This document shows positions 27,651-37,809 of a DNA stretch of 64,000 nucleotides, piece by piece. Below the pieces are notes generated by a model. That model was not told the origin of the DNA, searched no databases, and was given only the letters and a program-made list of their open reading frames with translations. The DNA is from an uncultured delta proteobacterium (GTDB taxonomy: Bacteria; Myxococcota_A; Polyangia; Palsa-1104), in contig CAWAWS010000027.1 in the NCBI GenBank assembly GCA_963785725.1, forward strand, positions 1-64,000, in the 5' to 3' direction. The position numbers and the translations under genes are program-made. Numbering within the stretch: position 1 is the stretch's first letter; each line of letters opens with the position of its first letter.

Positions 27651-29168
27651 ATGGAGCGGATCGAAAGCGCTTTTCTCATTCTCGGCATTCTCGGTTTTCT
27701 CGTCGTCAGCGGCTGCGTCGCCGCGCAAGTCGACGACGCGCCTGACGATGGCGATCGCGCGCAGGCGCAGGTCGCGTCGTTGGCGCGCTATCCCAATCGC
27801 CGGCTGTGCGCGCCGGCGACCGAGCCGGGCCAGCTGGCCTGCGCGGCGCGCATCCGCACCGACGCGACGGGACAGATCGTGCCCTTGGCCGCGCCGAGCG
27901 GCTACGGCCCGAGCGACTTGCAGAGCGCCTACGGCGCGACGGCGCTCGTCGCCAGCGGCGGCAGCGACGCCACCATCGCCATCGTCGACGCGCAGGACGA
28001 TCCCGACGCCGAGGCCGACCTCGCCGTCTACCGCAAGCAGTTCGGCTTGCCGGCGTGCACCAGCGCCAGCGGCTGCTTCCGCAAGCTGAACCAAAGCGGC
28101 GCCGCCAGCCCGCTGCCGAAAGCCGACAAAGGCTGGGCCGGCGAGATCATGCTCGACCTCGAGATGGCCTCGGCGTTGTGTCCGCGCTGCAAGCTCTTGC
28201 TCGTCGAAGCGTCGGCGGCGACGACGGCCGATCTGGGCGCGGCCGTGAATGCGGCGGCCAGCTTGGGCGCGACCGTCATCAGCAACAGCTACGGCGGCCC
28301 CGAAGACGCCTCGCTCGCGACGACCGACAAGCAGTATTACGACCATCCGGGCATCGCCGTCTTCGCGTCGTCGGGCGATTCGGGCTACGGCGTCGAATAT
28401 CCGGCGTCGGGCCAGTTCGTGACCGCGGTCGGCGGCACGACGCTCACCAAGTCCTCGTCGGCGGCGCGCGGCTGGGTCGAGACGGTGTGGGGATCGACGA
28501 GCGGTGGCGACGGCGCCGGCTCCGGCTGCTCGGCCTACGCGACGAAGCCGTCGTACCAAAAGGACAGCGGCTGCGCGAAGAAGACGGTCGCCGACATCGC
28601 GGCGCTCGCCGACCCCGACACCGGCGTCGCCGTCTACGACAAATATGGATCGGGCGGCTGGAACGTCTACGGCGGCACGTCGGCGGCGTCGCCCATCGCA
28701 GCGGCCATCCACGCGCTGACCGGCCACGGCAAAGACGCGCTCGGCCTGTCGTACGGCAAAGCGGGCGCGTTCTTCGACGTCACGAGCGGCAGCAACGGCA
28801 GCTGCTCGGGCTCGTACTTGTGCACGGCGCGCGCCGGCTACGACGGACCGACCGGCAACGGGACGCCCAACGCGTCGGTGCTGGCCGGCAAGACCAGCGG
28901 CAGCGGTGGCGGCGGCGGGACCTCGGGCGGCAGCGGCAGCGGCGGCGGCGGTGGCAGCGCCGGCGGCAAGGGATCGGGCGGCGGCAGCGCCGGCGGCGGC
29001 AAATCGACGTGCGCGCACTCCGAATGCACGAGCGGCAAGAAGCTCAGCGCCACCTGCGACGACTGCATCAGCGCCACCTGCAGCCTCGACAGCTACTGCT
29101 GCGCCAACACGTGGGACTCGGTGTGCATCTCGGAAGCGGAGCTGGTATGCGGCCTCAGCTGCGAATGA
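27651..29168 (+). CDS. S53 (sedolisin-like) peptidase lipoprotein with Cys-rich C-terminal domain
   Basis: EIMLD, SSGD, GGTSAASP, GYDGPTGNGTP; DSYCCANTWDSVC tail. Confidence 0.88.
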   Translation: MERIESAFLILGILGFLVVSGCVAAQVDDAPDDGDRAQAQVASLARYPNRRLCAPATEPGQLACAARIRTDATGQIVPLAAPSGYGPSDLQSAYGATALVASGGSDATIAIVDAQDDPDAEADLAVYRKQFGLPACTSASGCFRKLNQSGAASPLPKADKGWAGEIMLDLEMASALCPRCKLLLVEASAATTADLGAAVNAAASLGATVISNSYGGPEDASLATTDKQYYDHPGIAVFASSGDSGYGVEYPASGQFVTAVGGTTLTKSSSAARGWVETVWGSTSGGDGAGSGCSAYATKPSYQKDSGCAKKTVADIAALADPDTGVAVYDKYGSGGWNVYGGTSAASPIAAAIHALTGHGKDALGLSYGKAGAFFDVTSGSNGSCSGSYLCTARAGYDGPTGNGTPNASVLAGKTSGSGGGGGTSGGSGSGGGGGSAGGKGSGGGSAGGGKSTCAHSECTSGKKLSATCDDCISATCSLDSYCCANTWDSVCISEAELVCGLSCE

Positions 29169-29195
29169 TCCGCAAGAGTCGCGCGGCGCGTCGGC

Positions 29196-30083
29196 TCAGG
29201 CGCCGCGCGAGTCGACGGTCGACACGTCCACCGATACGGCGAGCGTGTGCAGGCCGCCACCGAGAATGACGCCGCGAATGGGCGTGACGTCGCCGAAGTC
29301 GCGTCCATGACCGATGGTGACGTGCTCTTCGGCGGGGATGAGATCGTTGGTCGGATCGAAGTCGATCCAGCCGAGATCGGGCACCCACGTGGCGATCCAC
29401 GCGTGCGAGGCGTCGGCGCCGACGAGCTTCGGCTTGCCCGGCGGCGGATGCGTCAGCAAGTAGCCGCTGACGTAACGACCGGCGAGGCCGAGCGCGCGTA
29501 GACAGCCGATGGCGAGGTGCGCGAAGTCCTGGCAGACGCCGCGTCGCGCCGCCAGCACTTCGGACAGCGGCGTCGACACGTCGGTGGCGGTCGGATCGTA
29601 GGCGAAGTCGCGGTAGATGCGATGGGTCAGGTCGCGCACGGCTTGCAAGAGCGGGCGACCGTCGGGAAACGAAGGCGCAGCGTAAGCGGCGAGCTCGGCG
29701 CTGGTGAGGATATGCGTGGAGTCGAACGTCATCTCGTAAGCGTCGAGGACGTCGCGGCGGCGATCGTCGCGCAGTCGGGCGCGCACGTCGTTCCAGGACG
29801 GCGTGCGCGCCAGATCCGGCAGCGGCAGCGGTCGCACGTCGACGACGCTCGTCGCCGTCACTTCGAGGGCACGATGGGGCTCGCTCAAGCTGAAGTGCAG
29901 CGCGCGATTGCCGAAATAGTCGAAGCGCCGTCGTCGCAAGGCCGGACGCGGCACGATCTCGATCTGATGCGAGACCGTGTGCTGATGCTCGTGCTCGCGC
30001 GGCGACAAGCGCGCTTCGTGCTGCGACGTCGTCACGGCGTCGCCATATTGATACGACGTGCGATGGATGACGCGCAGCCTCAC
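29196..30083 (-). CDS. bacterial transglutaminase-like protein
   Basis: RVIHRTSYQY N-terminal domain; GVCQDFAH, ASHAW, DFDPTN catalytic triad. Confidence 0.93.
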   Translation of the reverse strand: MRLRVIHRTSYQYGDAVTTSQHEARLSPREHEHQHTVSHQIEIVPRPALRRRRFDYFGNRALHFSLSEPHRALEVTATSVVDVRPLPLPDLARTPSWNDVRARLRDDRRRDVLDAYEMTFDSTHILTSAELAAYAAPSFPDGRPLLQAVRDLTHRIYRDFAYDPTATDVSTPLSEVLAARRGVCQDFAHLAIGCLRALGLAGRYVSGYLLTHPPPGKPKLVGADASHAWIATWVPDLGWIDFDPTNDLIPAEEHVTIGHGRDFGDVTPIRGVILGGGLHTLAVSVDVSTVDSRGA

Positions 30084-32695
30084 GGCTCGCCTCCGCCCGA
30101 GATCGAGACTCGCCGGGGCGACGCGTCCTCTTGGCTCAAGTGGCGCGGCGTGCTGGCGTGATTGAGATAGCTGTCGGACAAGGACTCGCTCAGCTGCGGC
30201 AAGCTCGTGCCGAGGCGGCGCAAGAGCGCATCGAGCGCCGGTCGCGTGGCGCCCGCGGCGTCGAGCGCGCACAGCCGATCGATCTCGGCCAGCTCGAGCT
30301 CGCCCTGCGTCGCCAGCGCCAGCCGCAGCTGCGGGCTGCGCACGCCCGCGCCCGGCAAGAGAGGCAGCGCCCGCACGTGATCGACGAGCGCGCGCACTTG
30401 GTACACGATGCTGCGCGGATTGCCGTCATCGGCGAGCAGCAAGTCGACGACGGGCGCGGGCTGCAGCGTCGCCAAGTAACGACGGCGATAGGTCATGCCG
30501 CTGTCGGCGATCTCGAGCACGGCCTCGAGCAGCGGGCGTTCGCGATCGGTGGCGCGCACGGTCGTCGCACGCAGGAGGGTCACCAGCGTCACGGCGCGCT
30601 CCAAGCGACGACCGAGATCCAAGAAGCGCCAGGACTGACCGCGCGTCATGCTCTCCATCGCCAGACCGCTGAAGGCCGCGAGCGTGATGACGACGCGGTT
30701 GAGGCCGTGGACGAGCGTCGACAGCCGATCGGCGCCGGCGGCGGCAATGCCGGCCAGACGCGCGACGTCCTCGTCGAGCGCCGCGAGCACGCGCCAGGTG
30801 TCGATGGAGATGCGGTCGCGCACCATGCGGCCGACGCGCAAGGTCGCCTTGACGACGGACGCGAGCGAGCCGACGCTGCTCGCGTCGCACATGGCGGCGA
30901 TGAGCTGCGCCTCGGCGCCGGCCAGGTGCGGCGTGCGATCGACGGGAATGTCGACGCTGTAGAGGAACTCGTTTTGCGCGCGCAACGCGGCCAAGAGCGC
31001 CGAGAACTCGCTCGACCGATCGAGCTCGGGCTGACCGGCGAGCTCCGAGAGGCGGCCGCCGATGACGCGACCGAGGCGCGCGATGCCTTCGGCGCGTTCG
31101 GCGTAACGACCGAGCCAATAGAGGTTGTCGGCGGCGCGGCTGGGCAACTCGCTGCCGCCGCGCGACAGCTCGATGGCGCGCTGCGCCGGCGGCAAGAGCG
31201 AGAACGGGCTGACGGCCTCGTGCGACAGCACCCACACGTCTTTGCTGCGCGCGCCCCGCTCCATCGTCACTTCGGCGCCGCTCTCGGGACCGGCGACGCG
31301 CGCCAGGCCGCCCGGCATGACCAAGTAGTCGTGGCCGCCGTTGGCGACGGCGTAGGCGCGCAAGACGAGCGGCCGCGGCGCGATGGTGCCGTCGGTCAGA
31401 AGCGGCGTCGTCGACGGCGGCACGTACGCTTGCGCGACATACGCGCTCGGACGCGCGGCGATCTTGCCGCGCAGCGCCTCGCGTTCGGCGGCCGGCAAGG
31501 CGGCCGTGAAGATGGGCGAGCTCGAGCCGTCGGGGAAGGTCTTGCGGATGACCCAGTCGTCGAAGCGGCCGAGCACCTCGTCGCGCCCCGCCGCCTCGCC
31601 GAGCCAGAGCGTGCGCACCGACGGCATCATCAACGTCTCGTTGAGGAGCCCGCGACAGATCTCGGGCAGATACGGCAAGATCGCCGCCGTCTGCAGCACG
31701 CCCGAGCCGAGCGGATTGACGATGGCGACGTTGCGCGCGCGCGCCGCCTGCACGAGGCCGGGCACGCCGAGCGCCGAGTCCTCGCGCAGCTCGAGCGGAT
31801 CGCAGAAGTCGTCGTTGACGCGGCGAAAGACGACGTCGACCGGCTGCAGCCCACCGAGCGTCTTCAGGAACACGCGATCGTCGCGCACGGTCAAGTCGCC
31901 ACCGTCGACGAGCGTGAAGCCGAGATACTGCGCCAGATAGGCCTGCTCGAAATAGGTGGCGTCGTAAGAGCCCGGCGTCAGGAGCACGATGCGCGGGTTG
32001 TCGCGATTGTGCGCCGCGCGCGCCTGCAGCATCTCGCGCAAGACGCGGAAGAACGGGGCCAGCCGCTGCACGTTGCCGGCGCGAAACAGCTCCGGCAGCG
32101 CGCTCGACACGACGATGCGATTCTCGAGCGCGTAGCCGGCGCCCGTCGGGGCTTGCACGCGATCTTCGACGACGTGGAAGCTGCCGTCGAGCGTCCGCAC
32201 CAGATCGGCGCCGAAGATGGGCAGCCAATCGTCCTGCGGCACCGCCATGCCGTGCAGCGGACGCAAAAAGCGCGGGTTGGCGAACACGAGCTCGGGCGGC
32301 AGCCAGCGTTCGACGAGCGATCGCTGCGGCCCGTAGAGGTCGGCCAAGAGCGCAGCCAAGAGGCGGCCGCGCTGCTCGAGCGCGTGCTCCAGCTTCGACC
32401 AATCCTCGGGCGGGATGACGACCGGCAGCGGCGACAGGCTCCACGGCCGCTCCATGCCTTGCGCGTCGTCGTAAACGTTGTAGCTGACGCCGTTCTCGTG
32501 GATGAGCTGGCGCGCCTTGTCCCAGCGACGGGCGAGCTCGGCCTCTCCGAGCGCGTCGAGCTGCTCGATGAGCGGACGCCAAGCCGGCCGCAGCTGACCG
32601 AGCGCGTCGACCATCTCGTCGAAGCCGCCGGCGGGCGCCGTGTAGCCGCGCGCCAATCCCGTCGTCGCGGCGGCTGCGTGCAGTGCGTCGATCAT
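30080..32695 (-). CDS. circularly permuted type 2 ATP-grasp fused to alpha-E domain
   Basis: PTGAGYALENR, YFEQAYLAQYLG, VMPGGLARV, ADNLYWLGRYAERAE. Confidence 0.92.
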   Translation of the reverse strand: MIDALHAAAATTGLARGYTAPAGGFDEMVDALGQLRPAWRPLIEQLDALGEAELARRWDKARQLIHENGVSYNVYDDAQGMERPWSLSPLPVVIPPEDWSKLEHALEQRGRLLAALLADLYGPQRSLVERWLPPELVFANPRFLRPLHGMAVPQDDWLPIFGADLVRTLDGSFHVVEDRVQAPTGAGYALENRIVVSSALPELFRAGNVQRLAPFFRVLREMLQARAAHNRDNPRIVLLTPGSYDATYFEQAYLAQYLGFTLVDGGDLTVRDDRVFLKTLGGLQPVDVVFRRVNDDFCDPLELREDSALGVPGLVQAARARNVAIVNPLGSGVLQTAAILPYLPEICRGLLNETLMMPSVRTLWLGEAAGRDEVLGRFDDWVIRKTFPDGSSSPIFTAALPAAEREALRGKIAARPSAYVAQAYVPPSTTPLLTDGTIAPRPLVLRAYAVANGGHDYLVMPGGLARVAGPESGAEVTMERGARSKDVWVLSHEAVSPFSLLPPAQRAIELSRGGSELPSRAADNLYWLGRYAERAEGIARLGRVIGGRLSELAGQPELDRSSEFSALLAALRAQNEFLYSVDIPVDRTPHLAGAEAQLIAAMCDASSVGSLASVVKATLRVGRMVRDRISIDTWRVLAALDEDVARLAGIAAAGADRLSTLVHGLNRVVITLAAFSGLAMESMTRGQSWRFLDLGRRLERAVTLVTLLRATTVRATDRERPLLEAVLEIADSGMTYRRRYLATLQPAPVVDLLLADDGNPRSIVYQVRALVDHVRALPLLPGAGVRSPQLRLALATQGELELAEIDRLCALDAAGATRPALDALLRRLGTSLPQLSESLSDSYLNHASTPRHLSQEDASPRRVSISGGGEP

Positions 32696-32836
32696 ACGAA
32701 CGACATCATACAGAACGGGGCGGTCGCCGTCGCTGCCCGAGTGCGTTCCGACACGGCGATTTGGGCGAGCGCACGGACGTTCGTCGCCGCGCCCGAGCGG
32801 TCATGGTCGATGTTGCGCCGGTGGACAGGGTTGCGT

Positions 32837-35800
32837 TCAGCCGGGCCGGCGCAGATCGAGCGTGAACGGCAGCTCGAGGCTGCGCGACTCCGGCGGCGGC
32901 GTCATCTTGCCCGGCGTGTGACCGAACGGCGCGAAGCGCGTCGCCCGGCGCGCCTCGGCTTCGAGCCCGTTGCGCGGATAGGTGTCGTAGTGACGACCGG
33001 CCGGATGCGACACGTAATACGTGCAGCCACCGACGGCACGACCGGACCAGGTGTCGACGAGATCGAAGGTCAGCGGCGCATCCACGTTCAGCGTCGGATG
33101 CAGCGACGACGGCGGCTTCCACGCTTTGTAGCGCACGCCGGCCACACCTTCGCCGGCGCGACCGGTCGGATGCAGCGGCACGCGCCGGCCGTTGCAGGCG
33201 ACGACGTGACGGCCGGGAACGAGCCCGCGCGCCAACACCTGCACGCGCTCGACGGACGAGTCGACGTAACGCACGGTGCCGCCGCCGCCCGGCTCCTCGC
33301 CGAGCACGTGCCAAGGCTCGATCGCCTGTCGAATCTCGAGGTCGACGCCTTCGATGGCGACGGCGCCGTGGCGCGGAAAGCGGAACTCCCAGTGCGGGCG
33401 GAACCACTCGGCGTCGACGGCGAGGTCGCGGCGGCCGAGCTCGGCGGTGACGTCGGCCAAGTCCTGCCAGACGAAGTGCGGCAGCATGAACCGATCGTGC
33501 AGCGACGTCCCCCAGCGCACGAGCGGCTGCTCGTATGGCGTCTTCCAGAAGCTCGCCACCAACGCGCGCACGAGCAACTGCTGCGCGCAGCTCATCCGCG
33601 CATCGGGCGGCATCTCGAAGCCGCGCATTTCCAACAGGCCGAGCCGTCCCGTCGCCGAATCGGGGCTGAACAGCTTGTCGAGGCAGAGCTCGGTGCGATG
33701 GCCGTTGCCGGTGACGTCGACGAGCAGGTGGCGGAACAGCCGATCGACGAGCCACGGCGGCGCCGGATTGTGGCTCGCGGTGAGCGCGGCGAAGGCGGCT
33801 TCCAGCTCGTACAGACTGTCCTGGCGCGCTTCGTCGAGCCGCGGCGCCTGGCTCGTGGGACCGACGAACTGCCCCGAAAACAGATAGGACAGCGACGGGT
33901 GATTGATGAAGTACGCGATGAGGCTGCGCAAGAGCTCGGGCTTGCGCAAGAGCGGGCTGTCGGCCGCGCGATCGCCGCCGATGACGACGTGGTTGCCGCC
34001 GCCGGTGCCGGTGTGGCGGCCGTCGATCATGAACTTGTCGGTGCCGAGCCGAACTTGGCGCGCCTCGTCGTACAGCGCGGTCGTGTTGTCGACGAGCTGC
34101 CGCCACGACGACGCCGGCTGCACATTGACCTCGATGACGCCGGGATCGGGCGTGACCGACAGCTTGTGCAGCCGCGGATCGCCGGGCGGCGCATAGCCTT
34201 CGAGCCGCACCGGCAGGCGCAGCTCGGCCGCGCACGCTTCCACTTTGGCGATGAGATCGAGGTAATGCTCGAGATGACCGACCGGCGGCAGGAACACGTG
34301 CAGCCGACCGTTGCGCGGCTCGACGCACAAGGCGGTGCGCACGATCGGCCGCGCCGCGACGCCGCGCTGCATCGGCACGCCGCGACGGATCGTGCCCGGT
34401 CGCGACTGCTCGAGCGCGCGCCGCGGCGGCAAGGGCGGCCGCTGCGCGAACGGATCGCGCTCGGCGTCGGCCAACAGCTCCTCGGGCGTCGTCCACGGCA
34501 GCGTATCGAGCGGCAGACGCAGGCCCATCGGCGAATCGCCGGGGAAAAGATAGAGCCGCTCGTCGCGCAAGAGCCAGGCGCCGCTCTGCCATTGCGTGCC
34601 CGCGGGCGCCTCCTCGGCGCGCAGCGGCAGCGTCCAGCCGACCACCTTGCCCAGCCCTTGGCCGAAGATGCGCCGCAGCCGCGCGCGCTCCTCCTCGTCG
34701 TCGAGGTTGGACTCGAGCGGATCGACGTTCACCGGCAGGCGGCGCTCTTTCCACAGCCAATACCAGACGTCTTCGTAGGCCGGCATCACGTAGCCGTCTT
34801 CGATGCCCAGCTTGGCGACGAGCGCGCGCACGAACGCTCGCGCCTGCTCGCTGCCGTCGTTGCGCGGCTGGCTGCCGGCGATGAGCGTCGGATCGCGCCA
34901 CACCGGCTCGCCGTCCTTGCGCCAATAGATCGAGTAGGCCCAGCGCGGCAAAGACTCGCCCGGGTACCACTTGCCGAGGCCGTGATGCAAGAAGCCGCCC
35001 GCGGCGAAGCGCGCCCACAGACGGCGGGCGAGCGCGTCGGCGCGCGCCTCTTTGTCGGGCCCGGTGGCGGCCGTCGACCACTCCGGGCTCTCCATGTCGT
35101 CGACGGAGACGAAGGTCGGCTCGCCACCCATCGTCAAGCGCACGTCGCCGGCCACGAGCGCGCGCTCGACGGCGTCGCCGGCGGCCAAGATCGCCTGCCA
35201 CTGCTCGTCGGTGTACGAGCGCGTCGGCCGCGGCCGATCTTCGACGCGCGTCACCTGCATCACGACGTCGAATTCGCAGCCGAGCTCGTCGCCCTCTTCG
35301 CGCTTGTCCCACGAGAAGCTGCCGGTGATGGGCGCGGCGGCCGACGGATCGGCGGTGCAGGCCAGCGGAATGTGCCCTTCGGACGCGAACAGGCCGCTCG
35401 TCGCGTCGAGGCCGACCCAGCCGGCGCCGGGCAGATATGTCTCGGCCCAGGCGTGCAAGTCGCAGCAGTCCTCGCTGACGCCCGCCGGACCGTCGAGCGG
35501 CTTTTGATCGGGCGTCAGCTGGATCGAGTAGCCGCTGACGAAGCGCGCGGCCAAGCCGATGCTGCGCAGGAGATTGACGAGCAGCCAGGCGAAGTCGCGG
35601 CACGAGCCGTGCCCGCGCTCGAGCGTCTCTTCGGGCGTGAAGACGCCCGGCTCCATGCGAATTTCGTAGCGCAACGCGCGGTGCACGAGCCGATTGATGT
35701 CGACGAGCACGTCGACCATGCGCCGGCCGGGACGCGCGATGTCGTCGCGCACGCGGCCGACGAGCTGCGCAAAGCCGGGCCCCGCGTCGACGACTTCGAG

Positions 35801-36151
35801 ATAGGTCGTGAGGTCGTGCAGCACCGTCGCGTCGTAAGCGAACGGAAAATGCTCGACCGACTCCTCGAGGAAAAAGTCGAAGGGATTGATGGTCGTCAGC
35901 TCGGCGATCAAGTCGACGGCGACGGTAAACTCCTTCGACTTCTGCGGGAACACGAGGCGCGCCACGTGATTGCCGAAGGGATCCTGCTGCCAGCCGACGA
36001 ACTGCTCGGACGGCGTCACCTTCAGCGAATAGGCGAGAATCGGCGTTCGACAATGCGGCGCCGGCCGCAAGCGCACGAGCTGCGGCGACAGCTGAATCTC
36101 GCGATCGTAGACGTAACGGGTGACGTGATGGAGCGCGACGCGGGTCGCCAT
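32837..36151 (-). CDS. transglutaminase + DUF2126 (putative amidoligase) fusion
   Basis: GSCRDFAW, DLHAWAE, LTMGGEPTF, TPDPGVIEVN, TGGGNH. Confidence 0.93.
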   Translation of the reverse strand: MATRVALHHVTRYVYDREIQLSPQLVRLRPAPHCRTPILAYSLKVTPSEQFVGWQQDPFGNHVARLVFPQKSKEFTVAVDLIAELTTINPFDFFLEESVEHFPFAYDATVLHDLTTYLEVVDAGPGFAQLVGRVRDDIARPGRRMVDVLVDINRLVHRALRYEIRMEPGVFTPEETLERGHGSCRDFAWLLVNLLRSIGLAARFVSGYSIQLTPDQKPLDGPAGVSEDCCDLHAWAETYLPGAGWVGLDATSGLFASEGHIPLACTADPSAAAPITGSFSWDKREEGDELGCEFDVVMQVTRVEDRPRPTRSYTDEQWQAILAAGDAVERALVAGDVRLTMGGEPTFVSVDDMESPEWSTAATGPDKEARADALARRLWARFAAGGFLHHGLGKWYPGESLPRWAYSIYWRKDGEPVWRDPTLIAGSQPRNDGSEQARAFVRALVAKLGIEDGYVMPAYEDVWYWLWKERRLPVNVDPLESNLDDEEERARLRRIFGQGLGKVVGWTLPLRAEEAPAGTQWQSGAWLLRDERLYLFPGDSPMGLRLPLDTLPWTTPEELLADAERDPFAQRPPLPPRRALEQSRPGTIRRGVPMQRGVAARPIVRTALCVEPRNGRLHVFLPPVGHLEHYLDLIAKVEACAAELRLPVRLEGYAPPGDPRLHKLSVTPDPGVIEVNVQPASSWRQLVDNTTALYDEARQVRLGTDKFMIDGRHTGTGGGNHVVIGGDRAADSPLLRKPELLRSLIAYFINHPSLSYLFSGQFVGPTSQAPRLDEARQDSLYELEAAFAALTASHNPAPPWLVDRLFRHLLVDVTGNGHRTELCLDKLFSPDSATGRLGLLEMRGFEMPPDARMSCAQQLLVRALVASFWKTPYEQPLVRWGTSLHDRFMLPHFVWQDLADVTAELGRRDLAVDAEWFRPHWEFRFPRHGAVAIEGVDLEIRQAIEPWHVLGEEPGGGGTVRYVDSSVERVQVLARGLVPGRHVVACNGRRVPLHPTGRAGEGVAGVRYKAWKPPSSLHPTLNVDAPLTFDLVDTWSGRAVGGCTYYVSHPAGRHYDTYPRNGLEAEARRATRFAPFGHTPGKMTPPPESRSLELPFTLDLRRPG

Positions 36152-36189
36152 AGTCGTTCATCCATATCACCGACTGCGGGTCGAGTCCG

Positions 36190-36227
36190 GTAAACGTTAT
36201 GTTTCCATTGCGTACAAACGACGTAAC
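36190..36227. promoter_or_regulatory. four GT-starting pentamers with 11-bp periodicity in a divergent promoter
   Basis: GTAAA-N6-GTTTC-N6-GTACA-N6-GTAAC. Confidence 0.35.
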
Positions 36228-36279
36228 TGGAGGGAATCGCCCTATCGCGAAGCCCGCGAACGCGCTTAAATCTTCATTC

Positions 36280-37809
36280 GTGCCTGTCGCGCGACCTTCG
36301 CAGAGTCAGTCGCAGTCGTCGGCTAATCCCGGCCCGTCGTCGCTGCTGTCGGCCTATCGCCCACTGTCGAGCAGCTGGGACGAGCTGGTCGCGCCCGACG
36401 GCCGACCGCGCTCGCACGCCCAGCAGACCTTCGACATGCTGGGCGCGCTCGGCGCCGCCGATTTCGCACGCTATCAATCGCTGGCCGAGCTCTCGTTATA
36501 TAACCAGGGCATTACATTCTCGGTCTATTCCGACCAGCGCGGCACCGAGAAGATATTTCCCATTTGCCTCGTTCCGCGCGTCATCGACGCCGTCGAATGG
36601 GCCGCCGTCGAAAAAGGGTTGGTGCAGCGGGTTCAGGCGCTGAACCTCTTTCTCGACGATCTGTACGGCGAGCAGCGCATCCTCAAGGACGGCTGCGTGC
36701 CCGCCGATTTGGTGCTGGGCGCGAAGTTCTACTTGCCGCAGCTGCACGGCATGAAGCCACCGGGCGGCGTGCGCATTCCCATCGCCGGCATCGACCTCAT
36801 CCGCGGCCCCGACGGCATCTTGCGCGTGCTCGAGGACAACGTGCGCACGCCGTCGGGTGTGTCGTATGTCGTCGAGAATCGGCTGGTGACGAAGCGAATC
36901 TTCCAGCACTCGACGGAGATCTCGGGCGAGATGTCGAGCATCCGGCCGGTCGAGCAATATCCGATCGAGCTCGCGCGCACGCTGCGTTCGATCGCGCCGA
37001 CCGAGAGCGACGACATTCGCGCGGTCGTGCTGACGCCGGGATCGTTCAACTCGGCCTACTTCGAGCACACGTTCTTGGCGCGCCACATGGGCATCGAGCT
37101 GGTCGAGGCGAGCGACCTGTTCGTCGAGAAAGACGCGGTGTTCGTGCGCACGACGCAAGGGCCGAAGCGCGTCGACGTCATCTATCGCCGCATCGACGAC
37201 GCTTACCTCGACCCCGAGTTCTTCCGGCCCGACAGCATGCTGGGCGTGCCCGGCCTCATGCGCGCCTACGCCGCCGGCAACGTCGCGCTCGCCAACGCGC
37301 CCGGCAACGGCTGCGCCGACGACAAGGCCGTGTATGCGTTCGTGCCCGATATGATTCGCTATTACCTCGGCGAAGAGGCGCTGCTGGCACAAGTCGACAC
37401 CTACGCCTGTGCGCGTCCCGACGATCTGGCGTATGTCGTCGATCATCTGTCGCGGCTCGTGGTCAAGTCGGTCGACGAAGCGGGCGGCTACGGCATGCTC
37501 ATGGGCCCGCAAGCGAGCGCCGACGAGATCGCGACCTTCCGCAAGCGCATCATCGCCGAGCCGCGCAAATACATCGCGCAGGAGCGCATCGAGCTGTCGA
37601 CGTGTCCGACGTGGGATCCGGCGCGGCAGGCGTTGGCGCCGCGGCGCGTGGATTTGCGGCCGTTCGTGCTCACGCGTCCCGACGGCGCGTGGGTCTTGCC
37701 CGGCGGCTTGACGCGCGTCGCGCTCGTCGAAGGCTCGTACGTCGTCAACTCGAGCCAAGGCGGCGGCAGCAAAGACACGTGGGTCCAGCGCGCCGACGGT
37801 GGCGCATGA
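36280..37809 (+). CDS. circularly permuted type 2 ATP-grasp protein
   Basis: LEDNVRTPSGVSY, NSAYFEHTFLA, RRVDLRPF, VVNSSQGGGSKDTWV; start uncertain (36199 or 36280). Confidence 0.92.
   Translation: MPVARPSQSQSQSSANPGPSSLLSAYRPLSSSWDELVAPDGRPRSHAQQTFDMLGALGAADFARYQSLAELSLYNQGITFSVYSDQRGTEKIFPICLVPRVIDAVEWAAVEKGLVQRVQALNLFLDDLYGEQRILKDGCVPADLVLGAKFYLPQLHGMKPPGGVRIPIAGIDLIRGPDGILRVLEDNVRTPSGVSYVVENRLVTKRIFQHSTEISGEMSSIRPVEQYPIELARTLRSIAPTESDDIRAVVLTPGSFNSAYFEHTFLARHMGIELVEASDLFVEKDAVFVRTTQGPKRVDVIYRRIDDAYLDPEFFRPDSMLGVPGLMRAYAAGNVALANAPGNGCADDKAVYAFVPDMIRYYLGEEALLAQVDTYACARPDDLAYVVDHLSRLVVKSVDEAGGYGMLMGPQASADEIATFRKRIIAEPRKYIAQERIELSTCPTWDPARQALAPRRVDLRPFVLTRPDGAWVLPGGLTRVALVEGSYVVNSSQGGGSKDTWVQRADGGA

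Noticed and set aside
30131..36193. 2020-aa plus-strand ORF
   Set aside because: Antisense shadow of the well-supported ATP-grasp and transglutaminase genes; Arg/Ala-rich, typical of high-GC off-frames.
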